Shown piece by piece: positions 12,430 to 22,716 of a DNA stretch of 64,000 nucleotides. Each line of letters opens with the position of its first letter. Position 1 is the stretch's first letter. Where the stretch lies: positions 32,001 to 96,000 of the forward strand of contig DAIDJN010000084.1 in the NCBI GenBank assembly GCA_027451365.1, given 5' to 3'. The notes under the pieces were generated by a model that saw only the letters and a list, made by a program, of their open reading frames with translations, did no database searches and had not been told where the DNA came from. This stretch comes from Phycisphaerales bacterium (lineage in GTDB: Bacteria > Planctomycetota > Phycisphaerae > WQYP01). A program made the position numbers and the translations under genes.

Positions 12430-12506
12430 ACAAACTCCTCGTTCGGAATAGCTTTTTTCAGACACCGGGTTGGAGAATCCAACAGCATCGGGTCCGACGG
12501 GCGATG

Positions 12507-12539
12507 ATCATACGAATAGAAAATGAAACACCGATGAAA
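12507..12539 (-). promoter_or_regulatory. OmpR-family tandem box plus -10 element for the efflux operon
   Basis: Minus strand reads TTTCAT-N5-TTTCAT-N10-TATGAT (11-bp period, Pho-box-like geometry). Confidence 0.6.
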
Positions 12540-12760
12540 GCGAAAATTGGCCACCAGTTTGGGATAGCCCTAATGACGCGTTGCGGATGCAACATTCCGA
12601 CCGATAATCAAGCGGCTTGGGCAGCAGCATGCAGGGCGGTGCGAAATTTTCGATTCGCGTATATGCTAAGCCCATGGCTTGCCTGAGTCTTAGAAAAATC
12701 TATCGTTGCCAGCAAAAAATCATCAAGCGCATATACGGACGCATGCCGATAGTACTACCG

Positions 12761-13486
12761 ATGAATACGCAGACGGCGACAGATTTAAAGGTTTTACTGG
12801 TTTTCACGGCGGTAAAGGCGGAATATGACGCAATCAGCTCTGCCGTGAAGCATTGGACCCTAGATACGCCCCGTGGAATTCGGGCCACCGGATACGATGA
12901 AGTTGTGGTGGAGCAAATAGGCGTGCGCGGAAAGAACCTGCGCAATATTCTTCCGAAATTCGCGCATACACGACTGGCTGGCGTCATTACCGCCGGTGTG
13001 GCAGGTGCCCTGGACCCGGACCTTGGAGTGGGCGATGTGGTGATAGATTCCGCATCCATGGAAGTGGACCGGGTCGTGGAATTTATAAACGCCATGTCTG
13101 GCGGAGCCCGCGTTCATAAAGGACCAATTCACACCAGCAAAACACTGGTTTCCACCGTCGCGGAAAAAAAGCTTTTGTTTGCCCAGAACCACGCACTGGC
13201 CGTGGAAATGGAAAGTCAATATACCCGATCATTTGCCGAGCATCGCAAGCTTCCATGGCTCAGCGTTCGGGCTATCAGCGACTCGGCGGTTGAAGCAATT
13301 CCCCGACAGGTCGTGCATTTTGTGGACCGCAAGGGAAATATGAATCCCTTTGGCATCACCATGGGGCTGGCCATGAACCCAATGTTGATTCCCCAGGTGG
13401 TGCGCTTGGGACGCAACACCACGCTGGCCACCAAACGGCTAAGCGATGTGATGGGGGCTGTCATCCGGAGCGGATGGCCATTCTGA
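12761..13486 (+). CDS. Nucleoside phosphorylase / MTA-SAH nucleosidase superfamily protein (HpnG-like)
   Basis: AGVAGALDPDLGVGDVV, AVEMES, VRAISD motifs. Start uncertain (12743 or 12761). Confidence 0.75.
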   Translation: MNTQTATDLKVLLVFTAVKAEYDAISSAVKHWTLDTPRGIRATGYDEVVVEQIGVRGKNLRNILPKFAHTRLAGVITAGVAGALDPDLGVGDVVIDSASMEVDRVVEFINAMSGGARVHKGPIHTSKTLVSTVAEKKLLFAQNHALAVEMESQYTRSFAEHRKLPWLSVRAISDSAVEAIPRQVVHFVDRKGNMNPFGITMGLAMNPMLIPQVVRLGRNTTLATKRLSDVMGAVIRSGWPF

Positions 13487-13767
13487 TTCACCGTTGGCTT
13501 CGCCCCTTCAATAAATCGCGGCCCCAGTATATCCGTCATTCCGGCAATTTTATTTCGCCCCGCCATTCCTCCGCCAGGTCCTTGCCGATTCGGGATTGTC
13601 CATCTGTGCGCCGCCGGCTTTTTTTAAGGTCGGCCGCAAGTCCTCGCGTCGCGGGGTGGAAATTGCGCCCATCCACCGCTATTCTTGACCAGACGGAAAA
13701 GTGCGTGCCCGGCGGGCGCACGCGGCGATAATGCCTCCGGACCGCCAATCGATTGGATTTAGCCATC

Positions 13768-14313
13768 ATGACCCATTCCCGAAATTCTTCGCTTGCCACT
13801 GCCCGTCGGCAGTTTGTGGACCTGTGGGGGCAGATGGCGCCGCATTGGGGTATCAATCGTACAATGGCGCAAATTCACGCCCTGCTGATGATTTCGCCCG
13901 AACCACTGACCGCTGAACAGATCATGGAAGAATTGCAAATATCCCGCGGCAATGCCAGCATGAATCTGCGGGAACTGGGCAACTGGGCCATTGTCCGCCG
14001 GACCAGCGTGGCTGGAGACCGGCGCGATTTTTTCACCACAGAAGGTGACGTCTGGGTCATGTTCTACAATATTTTTCGGGAACGCAAACGCCGCGAACTT
14101 GACCCGCTGCTCAATCGCCTCGTGGATTGCGCCGCCGCGGCGGGCAACACTGCGGAAAACCCGGACGAACAGGCCCAACACAAGGCCTATACCGACCGGA
14201 TGAAGGAATTGGCCGAATTCTTCAGCGCATTTCACAACCTCTTCGGACGCATATTGGAACATCCGCCCGCGGATCTGGCCGCCATGGCCAAAAGCATGGA
14301 AAAAATGTTGTAA
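13768..14313 (+). CDS. GbsR/MarR-family transcriptional regulator
   Basis: WGINRTMAQIHALL, ISRGNASMNLREL, GDRRDFF. Confidence 0.88.
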   Translation: MTHSRNSSLATARRQFVDLWGQMAPHWGINRTMAQIHALLMISPEPLTAEQIMEELQISRGNASMNLRELGNWAIVRRTSVAGDRRDFFTTEGDVWVMFYNIFRERKRRELDPLLNRLVDCAAAAGNTAENPDEQAQHKAYTDRMKELAEFFSAFHNLFGRILEHPPADLAAMAKSMEKML

Positions 14314-14349
14314 TAAGTTTTTACTTTCCGATTTCAATAAAGGTGCAAA

Positions 14350-15177
14350 ATGGGGCAGCTTAAGGACAAAGTGGTGGTCATTACCGGAGCATCGTCCGGC
14401 ATTGGTCGCGCGGCCGCGTTAAGCTTTGCGCGGCGCGGTGCTCGTCTTTTTCTCGGAGCGCGCCGCGCCGAAAAACTCCAGGCGGTCGTCGCCCAGGCAA
14501 CCGCCCTTGGCGCAGAGGCCACCGCCGTATTATGTGATGTATCGCATCAACAGGACGTGGGCGCTCTTTTTGCCGCCGCCATGGCCAGGCATGGTCGCGT
14601 GGATGTCGCTGTGGCCAACGCGGGAATTGGGCGACTGGGCCGGCTCCATGAGACCACAGAAGAACAAATGCAGGAAATCTGGCGTGTCAATGTGCTTGGA
14701 ACCTGGTATGTGATGAAGCGGGCGGCGGAAATTATGCTTCCCCAGAAATCCGGACACATCATTGCCGTTTCCTCCGCAATTGCACGCAGGGCGTTGCCGC
14801 AAATGGGGCCTTACGCCATGACTAAGGCGGCACAACTCTCCCTCGTCGAGGCCCAAAGAGTAGAGCTTATGCCCTTCGGCATAAAGGTCAGTTCCGTGCA
14901 TCCGACCACTACGGATACCGAATTTTTCGACCAGGCCAGCATTCGCAGCGGTAGAAAAATGCGCGGCTTCGGCACCGTACAGACCGCTGAACTGGTTGGC
15001 GATAAAATCGCCCGGCTCGCCGAACATCCGCGCCCCGAACTCTGGCCGAGCCGCCTGACACGATTCAGCCTCGCGTTCGCGACGCTCTTGCCATCCATCA
15101 CCGACCGGGCGCTGGCTAAAATGACCGGCAAAAACGCCGCCATGGAAAGGCGGCGGTCGGCGGGAGAAGCTACTTGA
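14350..15177 (+). CDS. SDR family NAD(P)-dependent oxidoreductase
   Basis: TGASSGIG, NAG, YAMTK (YxxxK). Confidence 0.92.
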   Translation: MGQLKDKVVVITGASSGIGRAAALSFARRGARLFLGARRAEKLQAVVAQATALGAEATAVLCDVSHQQDVGALFAAAMARHGRVDVAVANAGIGRLGRLHETTEEQMQEIWRVNVLGTWYVMKRAAEIMLPQKSGHIIAVSSAIARRALPQMGPYAMTKAAQLSLVEAQRVELMPFGIKVSSVHPTTTDTEFFDQASIRSGRKMRGFGTVQTAELVGDKIARLAEHPRPELWPSRLTRFSLAFATLLPSITDRALAKMTGKNAAMERRRSAGEAT

Positions 15178-16166
15178 AGCAGACCTCGGCGGCTGGTTTC
15201 ACGCATCGGTGGGCGCTTGTGTTCATCGCCCTGCTGGCGGTGGCCGGAGCGATATGCTGGTACCTGGAAAAGCCGCGAATCGCGACGCGGGCCAAGCCGC
15301 TGAATCCGGTCAGCCGCGGAATAAAGGTTCGCGTGATGACCTTCAACGTGAATATGATTGAGCCGACCGCCGGTGCGGACCGTTGGCATATTCAGCGGCG
15401 ACTTTTGCCAAAAATTCTTGATATATGCAAACCCGACCTTATTGGTTTTCAGGCCTGTACGCCGGTGCAGGCCGCCTGGCTGGCGGATCATTTGCGGAAT
15501 TACCGGCACTATCCGGTGCCGCGCGGATTGGCGGGGGGTATTTTTTCAGCTATTTCCGGTGCCATTTCAACATGGAACCAGATTTTCTATTCCACCAGGT
15601 TTTCGCGAATTGCCGCCGCCCACGGCCTTGTGCGCCCTGGGGACCTGCAGAATGACGCCACGGAAAATGCATACTATTCCCTGGTTGTGCTTCATGACCG
15701 CGGCGGAACGCTGCCGGACATAATTCTACTGGACGCGCATTTGCGCCATGGCAATTCAAATGCCGCCGTGGATGCCGGCCTGCTTCACGTTATTGTGCAT
15801 CAATGGCGACGAAAGTTTCCCGGGGCCTTGTCTATCGTGCTTGGAGACATGAACCACACGCGCACGGATATTCCCGTTTATTCCAGATTAATTGGACCGG
15901 TGGCCCATGTTGCCGGTGACGACCAATGGTCCGATACATTTGATTACAAACTGCGGCCGAAAAATCGGGCCTGGGGCACAGTGCAATATTATGTGGGGCG
16001 ACCTGGATTGACCTGGCCGAGCGACCTGATATTTGTCGGTCCAGGCTGGAGTTGGACACCGGCGAAAATCATCCGCTTTCATGGTCGGCATGGTAATTAT
16101 CCCAGCGATCATTTTCCGGTGTGCACCGTACTGACCCCGACGCGAAAAACGGCCGCCCGACCATAA
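15174..16166 (+). CDS. Exported endonuclease/exonuclease/phosphatase-family protein
   Basis: N-terminal TM, VMTFNV, LGDMN, YPSDHFPV. The usual QE motif reads GFQA. Confidence 0.8.
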   Translation: MKQTSAAGFTHRWALVFIALLAVAGAICWYLEKPRIATRAKPLNPVSRGIKVRVMTFNVNMIEPTAGADRWHIQRRLLPKILDICKPDLIGFQACTPVQAAWLADHLRNYRHYPVPRGLAGGIFSAISGAISTWNQIFYSTRFSRIAAAHGLVRPGDLQNDATENAYYSLVVLHDRGGTLPDIILLDAHLRHGNSNAAVDAGLLHVIVHQWRRKFPGALSIVLGDMNHTRTDIPVYSRLIGPVAHVAGDDQWSDTFDYKLRPKNRAWGTVQYYVGRPGLTWPSDLIFVGPGWSWTPAKIIRFHGRHGNYPSDHFPVCTVLTPTRKTAARP

Positions 16167-16635
16167 GCATGCTGAAAACACGGATTGCCGGTTGCGGCTG
16201 AACAACACGGCTGCTGCCGAGCAAATACCGTAAAAGACAGTCAGGCCTTGGTCGCATTGGGTGGGAGTTTTGAGCAGCAGCGGCGGGGCAAAGAGCGGTG
16301 GAACAGATGAGATTAGCAGAAAGATGTCAAGGGAATTATATCACTTGCCAATGCCGAGCGACCGATTCACTTAACTGAGCTAAACCAGTGGTTAAGCTTG
16401 CTAAAATACCGGAATGTATTCGCTTGTCAAACAGCCGGACGATGCGCTTCGCAGTGTTTCGCCGCTTTTGGTTCGGGGCGCGGTGCTTCAATTTTTCTTC
16501 CGCAAGAGCGGCGGGCGATGCGTCTTTTCTTGTGTTGGGAATAGTAGAGGGGTATAGACAGGGCATTGCAAATGGGTATGCCGTGTTCGCGGTTTGATGA
16601 TTGTGGTTCAAACGGGGCCGTAAAATTGCATCCAG

Positions 16636-17175
16636 TTGAACCTGCTGGTGACCGCCGGGCCGCAATCAGTGCCTGCCGGGGCGTATTATTTGCTGCACCG
16701 CGCGGTTGCACTAACGAATTCCAGCGGCTATGTCGTGGAAGCGTCTGATACGAACGTCTATGGAAATACCTTAATATTTACCGCACCAGATTCGACTGGG
16801 AACTGGTGGTCGGACAGCGCCAATCAAGACTATTGTTATGGTGCCAGTGAAATCAACTACTGCGGCTATCGCTTTGATCCGGAAACACAGCTTTATTACG
16901 TCCGCAATCGGACGTACAGCCCTGTTCTTGGTCGTTGGCTGCAACGTGATCCGATTGGGTATGAAGGTGGGGTTAATTTTTATGAATACGTCGCAGCTCG
17001 CGCCTTGGCCGCCTTGGATGCGCTGGGCGCGAAGACATTTCACACGAAACGACCAAATCGGCTATTAGCCGTGAAGATCGTCGCGCATTTTGGCATCCTG
17101 CCCAGCGCTGTCCATATTCTGGCAAAGCCGGCGGCCACAATTCATCAAAAATTGATACGATTCAGGGAATGGTAA
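16636..17175 (+). pseudogene. Orphan, degenerate Rhs-repeat-associated core fragment
   Basis: YCGYRFDPETQLYYVRNRTYSPVLGRWLQRDPIGYEGGVNFYEYV. No YD-repeat body upstream, and the second DPxG is decayed to DALG. Confidence 0.75.
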
Positions 17176-17420
17176 AAAAAGCGATAAACAAGCGGCAAGT
17201 GGAAGGATTCCCGCGGCAATTCCGGCGAGCATTAGAAATGCAGTTTTGGCAGACTAAGGTTATGCGGCACCACCAATCACCGGGCTGGGCGGAACATGCG
17301 CCATTGTTTAATCAAAATGCGACGGTAGTATAGTGGGCCGCTATTGGCGATGCCGCGGGGAGCCGGCTTTCCGGGTATCGCCTGATGAGGGAAGTTTTTC
17401 CCAAGAAAGGCGATCAGGAC

Positions 17421-19505
17421 ATGAGCACTTCCAGCGCGCCAATGTTAAGCATTTGGTTCGGTAATTTTTTTGAGCCTTTCTACAGCAGTCGCGAAGCGGT
17501 CAGCCGCGGCCTGAAGGACGTTGTGGACCTGGAATTTAATTCGGTAAATCTGGATTCCAAACCGTGGGAAGATTTTTTTGCGCGCTACCGCGGCCAACCG
17601 GCCAGCAACTACGTGGCAATGCAGGATTTCATGATGCAGGAGATTCAGTCGCTTGGGCTTGATTACACGCATCTGGCCTTGTATCTGTGTGGTGATAATT
17701 TATATCCGAATATTCGCGATGTGCCGCCGGTGCGGGGCGAAGAAAGCATTCGGCCCGACGGCCAGCCGATGGGGACCTATAAATACTGGTCGCCAAAAGC
17801 GCAGGCCACGATGGTGGAACATGTTCGCGGCTTGCTGGCGCTTTATTCAACAGGCATGCGGCGCACGGAGGAAACTCCGCCGCGGATCATCATGCAAACC
17901 ATGTTTGAACCGATACCCAAACCAAGTTTTGATGCGGAGGGTCGCACGCGCTATCTGGGCTGGCTGGCGCGCCGCTATGGCGGCGATATTGGCCGCCTGA
18001 ACCAGCGTTACGGCACGAATGCCGAATCGTTTGAGGCATTGGCTGCGGGAGATTATTACCTGCGACCGGAGGAGTTAAACTGGGTGGATTGCGCCCGGCC
18101 GACGGCTTTGGATTTTGCCCGTCGCACGCCGGATTTTTATCGTTGGGTGGATAATCAAACTTATCTGGCAGGCGAATTGCAGCAATATCTGGCGGTCATG
18201 AAAGAGCACTGGCGCCGGATGGATCCGCCGATTTTTATTCAACCGGTTCTGCACCAGTGGGGTTTTTTCTTTAATCCACCGGGGCAGATTTCCTGGCAGA
18301 CCGGCCAGCGGGCTATGGACGTTTACAAATGCGCGGATCACGTCGACAGCGTTCTGTATATTGCGTCGCCGTTGAATGCTGAAAATCAGCCTGATGCGAT
18401 GGCGCTAAGTGTGGAAGGCTCGATTATGCGGAGCGCCAATTCCGGCCGACCGTTCACCGGCGGGTTGTATATGGGCAGGCATGTGAATGCAGATATTTAC
18501 CGCACGGTTACGCCGGCCGAATCGATTGGCACCCTGATCGCCAATGGTGCCACATCGTTTCATATTTACGGGTACAGCGGACTGGATGATGGCGGCGTCA
18601 TGTACCGCATGGACGGTCCATTCAAGGAGTCGCTGCGCGCTGGAAATAAATGGGCGGCAAAGGTCATTCCGATGCTGCTGCAGCGTCGTGCCCGGGAAGC
18701 GGCGATTCTGTTTCCGGCGGAAATGAGCCTGTATGAACCGCTGGAGGTGGATGCCGGTGGGCAACACCGGATGGATCTGCTTGGCTGGTACGCGCAATTG
18801 GTGGATCTGGGCTGGCATGTGGACATTCTGCACCCGCGGCAAATAGCTTCCGGCGCATTGGCTGACTATTCGCATCTGGTTGTGCCACATTGTGCATTAT
18901 ACGACCTGGGTCCTAATGCCGCTTCGGAAAGCGCAATTAAGGCGTTTGTCATGCAAGGTGGTACGCTGCTGCATGGTCCGCATTGCGAAGTGGCGGCAAA
19001 CACATTCGGCGTTCACGAAGTGGCGGCACCGTTTGACTGCATCCAATGGAGAGAGTCAGTGATTCCGCATGGCTGGTCAACGGTGGCCTACCTGACCGGG
19101 ACACCGATAGGGGCTTATATTCAATCCGGCCAACCGGCAATAACGGAAATCCGCGCGGGTGCGGGGCGCATTTTCTCCTTCGGCTTCCAATATGGATATT
19201 CGTATTGTCGGCGCACGATGCCGATTGTGCCGCCGCATTATGGCAGGCAGGAAATGCACCCGATTGTCCTGCTGGAGAAAACGCCAGTGGAGGTGCTGAT
19301 TGGTTCGCCGGCGGCGCTGCGAATCAGGCCGATGCGCGGGGTGGAGTTTGCGCGATTTGGCAATCAGCTGATTGTCGTTAATCACCGCTCCAGCCCGGTG
19401 GATATAAGTGAAATTAAAGCCCACAGGGTAATTCCACAATTGCCCGCAATCGGGGCCACGGTTGCCGGACATAGTGCGACTTGTCTGACGCTTGCACCGG
19501 ATTGA
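17421..19505 (+). CDS. GH42-like glycoside hydrolase fold protein with trimerisation (GATase-like) domain
   Basis: YLGWLARRYGGDIGRLNQRYGT, AAILFP, LVVP...FVMQGGTLL pattern. Catalytic motifs are atypical. Confidence 0.6.
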   Translation: MSTSSAPMLSIWFGNFFEPFYSSREAVSRGLKDVVDLEFNSVNLDSKPWEDFFARYRGQPASNYVAMQDFMMQEIQSLGLDYTHLALYLCGDNLYPNIRDVPPVRGEESIRPDGQPMGTYKYWSPKAQATMVEHVRGLLALYSTGMRRTEETPPRIIMQTMFEPIPKPSFDAEGRTRYLGWLARRYGGDIGRLNQRYGTNAESFEALAAGDYYLRPEELNWVDCARPTALDFARRTPDFYRWVDNQTYLAGELQQYLAVMKEHWRRMDPPIFIQPVLHQWGFFFNPPGQISWQTGQRAMDVYKCADHVDSVLYIASPLNAENQPDAMALSVEGSIMRSANSGRPFTGGLYMGRHVNADIYRTVTPAESIGTLIANGATSFHIYGYSGLDDGGVMYRMDGPFKESLRAGNKWAAKVIPMLLQRRAREAAILFPAEMSLYEPLEVDAGGQHRMDLLGWYAQLVDLGWHVDILHPRQIASGALADYSHLVVPHCALYDLGPNAASESAIKAFVMQGGTLLHGPHCEVAANTFGVHEVAAPFDCIQWRESVIPHGWSTVAYLTGTPIGAYIQSGQPAITEIRAGAGRIFSFGFQYGYSYCRRTMPIVPPHYGRQEMHPIVLLEKTPVEVLIGSPAALRIRPMRGVEFARFGNQLIVVNHRSSPVDISEIKAHRVIPQLPAIGATVAGHSATCLTLAPD

Positions 19506-19689
19506 CCGACGTTTGCCAATTTGTGCGGCCGTCTTCCTCAATGTGCAAACATTTTGGCGGCCCTCTGTTTCTAAGTGATTTGCCTTCAATCGACGTCGGC
19601 GGTAAGTTACTGAACTTGGCCAAAAAGGCTTTTTGGCCGATGGAATGTCGGCGAAAATGATGTAATGGAAGTCTGGAGCTAAACCCAAC

Positions 19690-20772
19690 ATGGACTTGAA
19701 ACTGGCGGTTCTTCCCGGAGATGGCATTGGTACAGAAGTGGTGGATGCGTCCATGCATGTGCTGGAGGCTGTGGCAAAACAATATGGTCACAAGGTTCGT
19801 GCCCAATATGCGGACGTCGGCTGGATTGCAATCGACCGCCACGGAACCGCGCTGCCGCAGACGACGCGGGATATTTGCCGCGCCAACGATGCGATTCTGT
19901 TTGGCGCGGTGGGGCTGCCCGACCGTGACATTACACTTCCTCAGTCGCAGCGGCCGGAACGCGTGGCGCTGCTGGAATTGCGCAAGGGATTGTTCGCCAA
20001 CCTGCGGCATGTGGTGCTGCCGCGCGGCTTAGCCAGCCGTTGCCCGCTTAAGCCGGAACTTATTACCGGCGGCATTGATATTATGATCATCCGCGAACTT
20101 ACCGGCGGCCTGTATTACGGCCAACCACAGGGCATTCGTGGCACCGCTCCTGATCGGCAGGCGGTGGATACCATGGCGTACAGCGAAAGCGAAATTCGGC
20201 GCATTCTCAAAGTTGGCTTTCAAGCCGCGCAGAATCGCGGCAAGAAACTTACCAGCGTGGACAAGGCCAACATTCTGGCCACCAGCCAGTTGTGGCGGGA
20301 AACCGCCGTGTCCATGGGCAAAGAATATCCTGATGTAAAGCTTGACCACATGTATGTGGACAACGCATCCATGCAACTTCTCCGGCGGCCGTCAGACTTT
20401 GATGTCATTGTGACCGAAAACACTTTCGGTGACATATTGTCCGATGAAGCTTCCATGCTGGCCGGTTCCATCGGTCTTGTGCCCTCGGCCTGTCTGGGTG
20501 AAAAGGATGGATCAGGGCAAGGGGCGGTGCCGTTTTACGAGCCGATTCACGGCAGTGCTCCGGACATTGCCGGCCAAAACAAGGCAAATCCAATCGGCAC
20601 AATTCTGACTGTCGCCATGATGCTGACTTATACCTTTGGATTAACGCGCGAAGCGGAGGCAATTTCCAACGCCACATTTGCGGTTCTAAACGAAGGAAAA
20701 GTGCTGACCGGTGATCTGGGCGGAAGCGCGACATGCAGCGCCGTGGCCGAGGCAGTGATTGCCCGGCTCTGA
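19690..20772 (+). CDS. leuB: 3-isopropylmalate dehydrogenase
   Basis: LPGDGIG, RELTGGLYYG, VDKANIL, NTFGDILSDEAS, YEPIHGSAPDIAG. Confidence 0.96.
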   Translation: MDLKLAVLPGDGIGTEVVDASMHVLEAVAKQYGHKVRAQYADVGWIAIDRHGTALPQTTRDICRANDAILFGAVGLPDRDITLPQSQRPERVALLELRKGLFANLRHVVLPRGLASRCPLKPELITGGIDIMIIRELTGGLYYGQPQGIRGTAPDRQAVDTMAYSESEIRRILKVGFQAAQNRGKKLTSVDKANILATSQLWRETAVSMGKEYPDVKLDHMYVDNASMQLLRRPSDFDVIVTENTFGDILSDEASMLAGSIGLVPSACLGEKDGSGQGAVPFYEPIHGSAPDIAGQNKANPIGTILTVAMMLTYTFGLTREAEAISNATFAVLNEGKVLTGDLGGSATCSAVAEAVIARL

Positions 20773-20853
20773 TGCCGAACCCGCCGACAATGCAACATAT
20801 TAAACCCGGAAGCTGAAGGGCCGCCGCTCGGGCAAGCTTCAGGGCATTGTGGA

Positions 20854-22602
20854 CTACGCCAGCAGACGCTCGTGCACAATTTTGCCGATATGTTCCGCCA
20901 GGCCGACCAGGGGCAGCATCTGGGCCTGCGGCTGGTCACGGAATTTAACTTCCACCTGTCCGGTGGCCAGGCCCTTGTCGCCGAGCACCAGACGGATGGG
21001 AATGCCGATAAGATCCGCATCCTTAAATTTCACGCCGGGCCGCTGATCGCGGTCGTCCACCAGAACATCCACGCCCATTCGGGTCAATTCCGTATGGAGG
21101 GAATCGGCAATGCGGCGAGCTTCGCCATCATATTTAATCGGCGTAATCACCACATGGCAGGGGGCTATGCTCATCGGCCAGCGAATGCCATCGGCATCCG
21201 ACAGGGTTTCCAGTGCGGCCACCATGACACGGCCCGGACCGATGCCATAGCAGCCCATAATCATGGAGACTTTTTTTTGCTTTTCATCCAGATAGGTCGC
21301 ATCCAAAGCGTCGGAATACTTCGTTCCCAGTTTGAACACATGGCCCAGTTCAATGCCCTTGCTGAAAATTAAATCCGTGCCGTTGGGCGCTTTATCTGAT
21401 TCGGTTACGTTGCGGATATCGGCCACTGATGCACTGGCCAGTTTGGCCGCCTCCATGTGCTGCCGCCAGTTAAAGTTGGCAATATGCATTTCTGTTTCAT
21501 TGGCACCGGTCACCGCCTTGTCCAGACGCAGCGCATCAGGATCAATAATCAGACTCGCCTGTAACGAATTGACCACATGCGGGCCGACAAAACCGATAAC
21601 AAAGCCGGCGGCGCGGGCATATTTTTCATCGGCCAGTTCGACATTTCCGACGATTTTCCTGAGTTTTGCCTCATTTATTTCATGATCGCCACGCACACAG
21701 GCGACAACCCATTGCGTCTGATCTTTCTGGCGAAGCGCGTAGACCAGCGTTTTAATCATCTGATTCGGCTGAATTTTAAGCATGGCGCACAAATCTGCAA
21801 TGGACGATGCGCCCGGCGTGGCGATGCTCTGCAATGGGGCACCATGGGCCGGTGGAAGATCGGTCAGACCTGCCGCCGCACCTGGCCCGCATCCGGCACG
21901 TTCCAGATTGGCGGCGTATGAACCATCTTTGGCGCGCACAATCACATCTTCTCCAGCGTCGCACGGGCAGATAAATTCATGACTGGCATCGCCACCAATC
22001 GGGCCGCTGTCCGCTTCCACAGGTATAGCGGTGATTCCGCAACGCTGGAAAATTTTCACATATGCGCCGTACATTGCCTGGTAGGTTTCGTGAAGGCTTT
22101 CCAATGAAGAATGGAAGCTGTACGCATCTTTCATAAAAAATTCGCGGACGCGCAACAGTCCATTGCGGGGCCGCGCTTCATCACGGAATTTGCCCTGAAT
22201 CTGATAAAGGGTCAGCGGCAGTTGTTTATGGCTGTTGATGCAGGCTTTCATCAGCTCGGTCACACATTCTTCATGGGTCGGGCCAAGAATCATTTCCGAA
22301 CCCTTGCGGTCCTTGAGTTTAAACAAAAGAGGACCGTAATCCATGTAGCGGCCGGTCTGCTTCCAAAGGTCGGCGGGCAGCAGAGCGGGCAGGTGAATTT
22401 CCTGCGCGTCAATGGCATCCATTTCCTGCCGGATAATGTGCATTATTTTCTGCATCGACCGCCATCCCAGCGGAAGCCAGTCGTATACGCCGGCACTGAT
22501 GCGCCGGATAAGCCCGGCACGAACCATCAGTTGATGGGAAATAATTTCCGCATCGGCGGGCACTTCGCGACTGGTGGGAATAAGCGTTTTGGACCAATAC
22601 AT
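20854..22602 (-). CDS. proS: Proline--tRNA ligase (bacterial type with INS editing domain)
   Basis: LGPTHEE, KFRDEARPR, REFFMKDAYSF, GIELGHVFKLG, MGCYGIG, PGVKFKDADLIG. Confidence 0.96.
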   Translation of the reverse strand: MYWSKTLIPTSREVPADAEIISHQLMVRAGLIRRISAGVYDWLPLGWRSMQKIMHIIRQEMDAIDAQEIHLPALLPADLWKQTGRYMDYGPLLFKLKDRKGSEMILGPTHEECVTELMKACINSHKQLPLTLYQIQGKFRDEARPRNGLLRVREFFMKDAYSFHSSLESLHETYQAMYGAYVKIFQRCGITAIPVEADSGPIGGDASHEFICPCDAGEDVIVRAKDGSYAANLERAGCGPGAAAGLTDLPPAHGAPLQSIATPGASSIADLCAMLKIQPNQMIKTLVYALRQKDQTQWVVACVRGDHEINEAKLRKIVGNVELADEKYARAAGFVIGFVGPHVVNSLQASLIIDPDALRLDKAVTGANETEMHIANFNWRQHMEAAKLASASVADIRNVTESDKAPNGTDLIFSKGIELGHVFKLGTKYSDALDATYLDEKQKKVSMIMGCYGIGPGRVMVAALETLSDADGIRWPMSIAPCHVVITPIKYDGEARRIADSLHTELTRMGVDVLVDDRDQRPGVKFKDADLIGIPIRLVLGDKGLATGQVEVKFRDQPQAQMLPLVGLAEHIGKIVHERLLA

Positions 22603-22716
22603 CGTATTCTTCTCCAGCAAAAATCTCTGGCGGTTTTATAGGCGGACAGCTTTTATTGCAAGCGAGCTTAGTTTTCCAGCGCAGCTTCATGTAGCACCAG
22701 CGGCTTTCCGGTTCGG

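Noticed and set aside
16636..17175. Functional Rhs toxin or secretion locus
   Set aside because: No YD-repeat body, secretion genes, toxin motif or immunity gene.
20804..20844. Imperfect inverted repeat between convergent leuB and proS
   Set aside because: Large loop, a mismatch and no U-tract; too weak to call a terminator.
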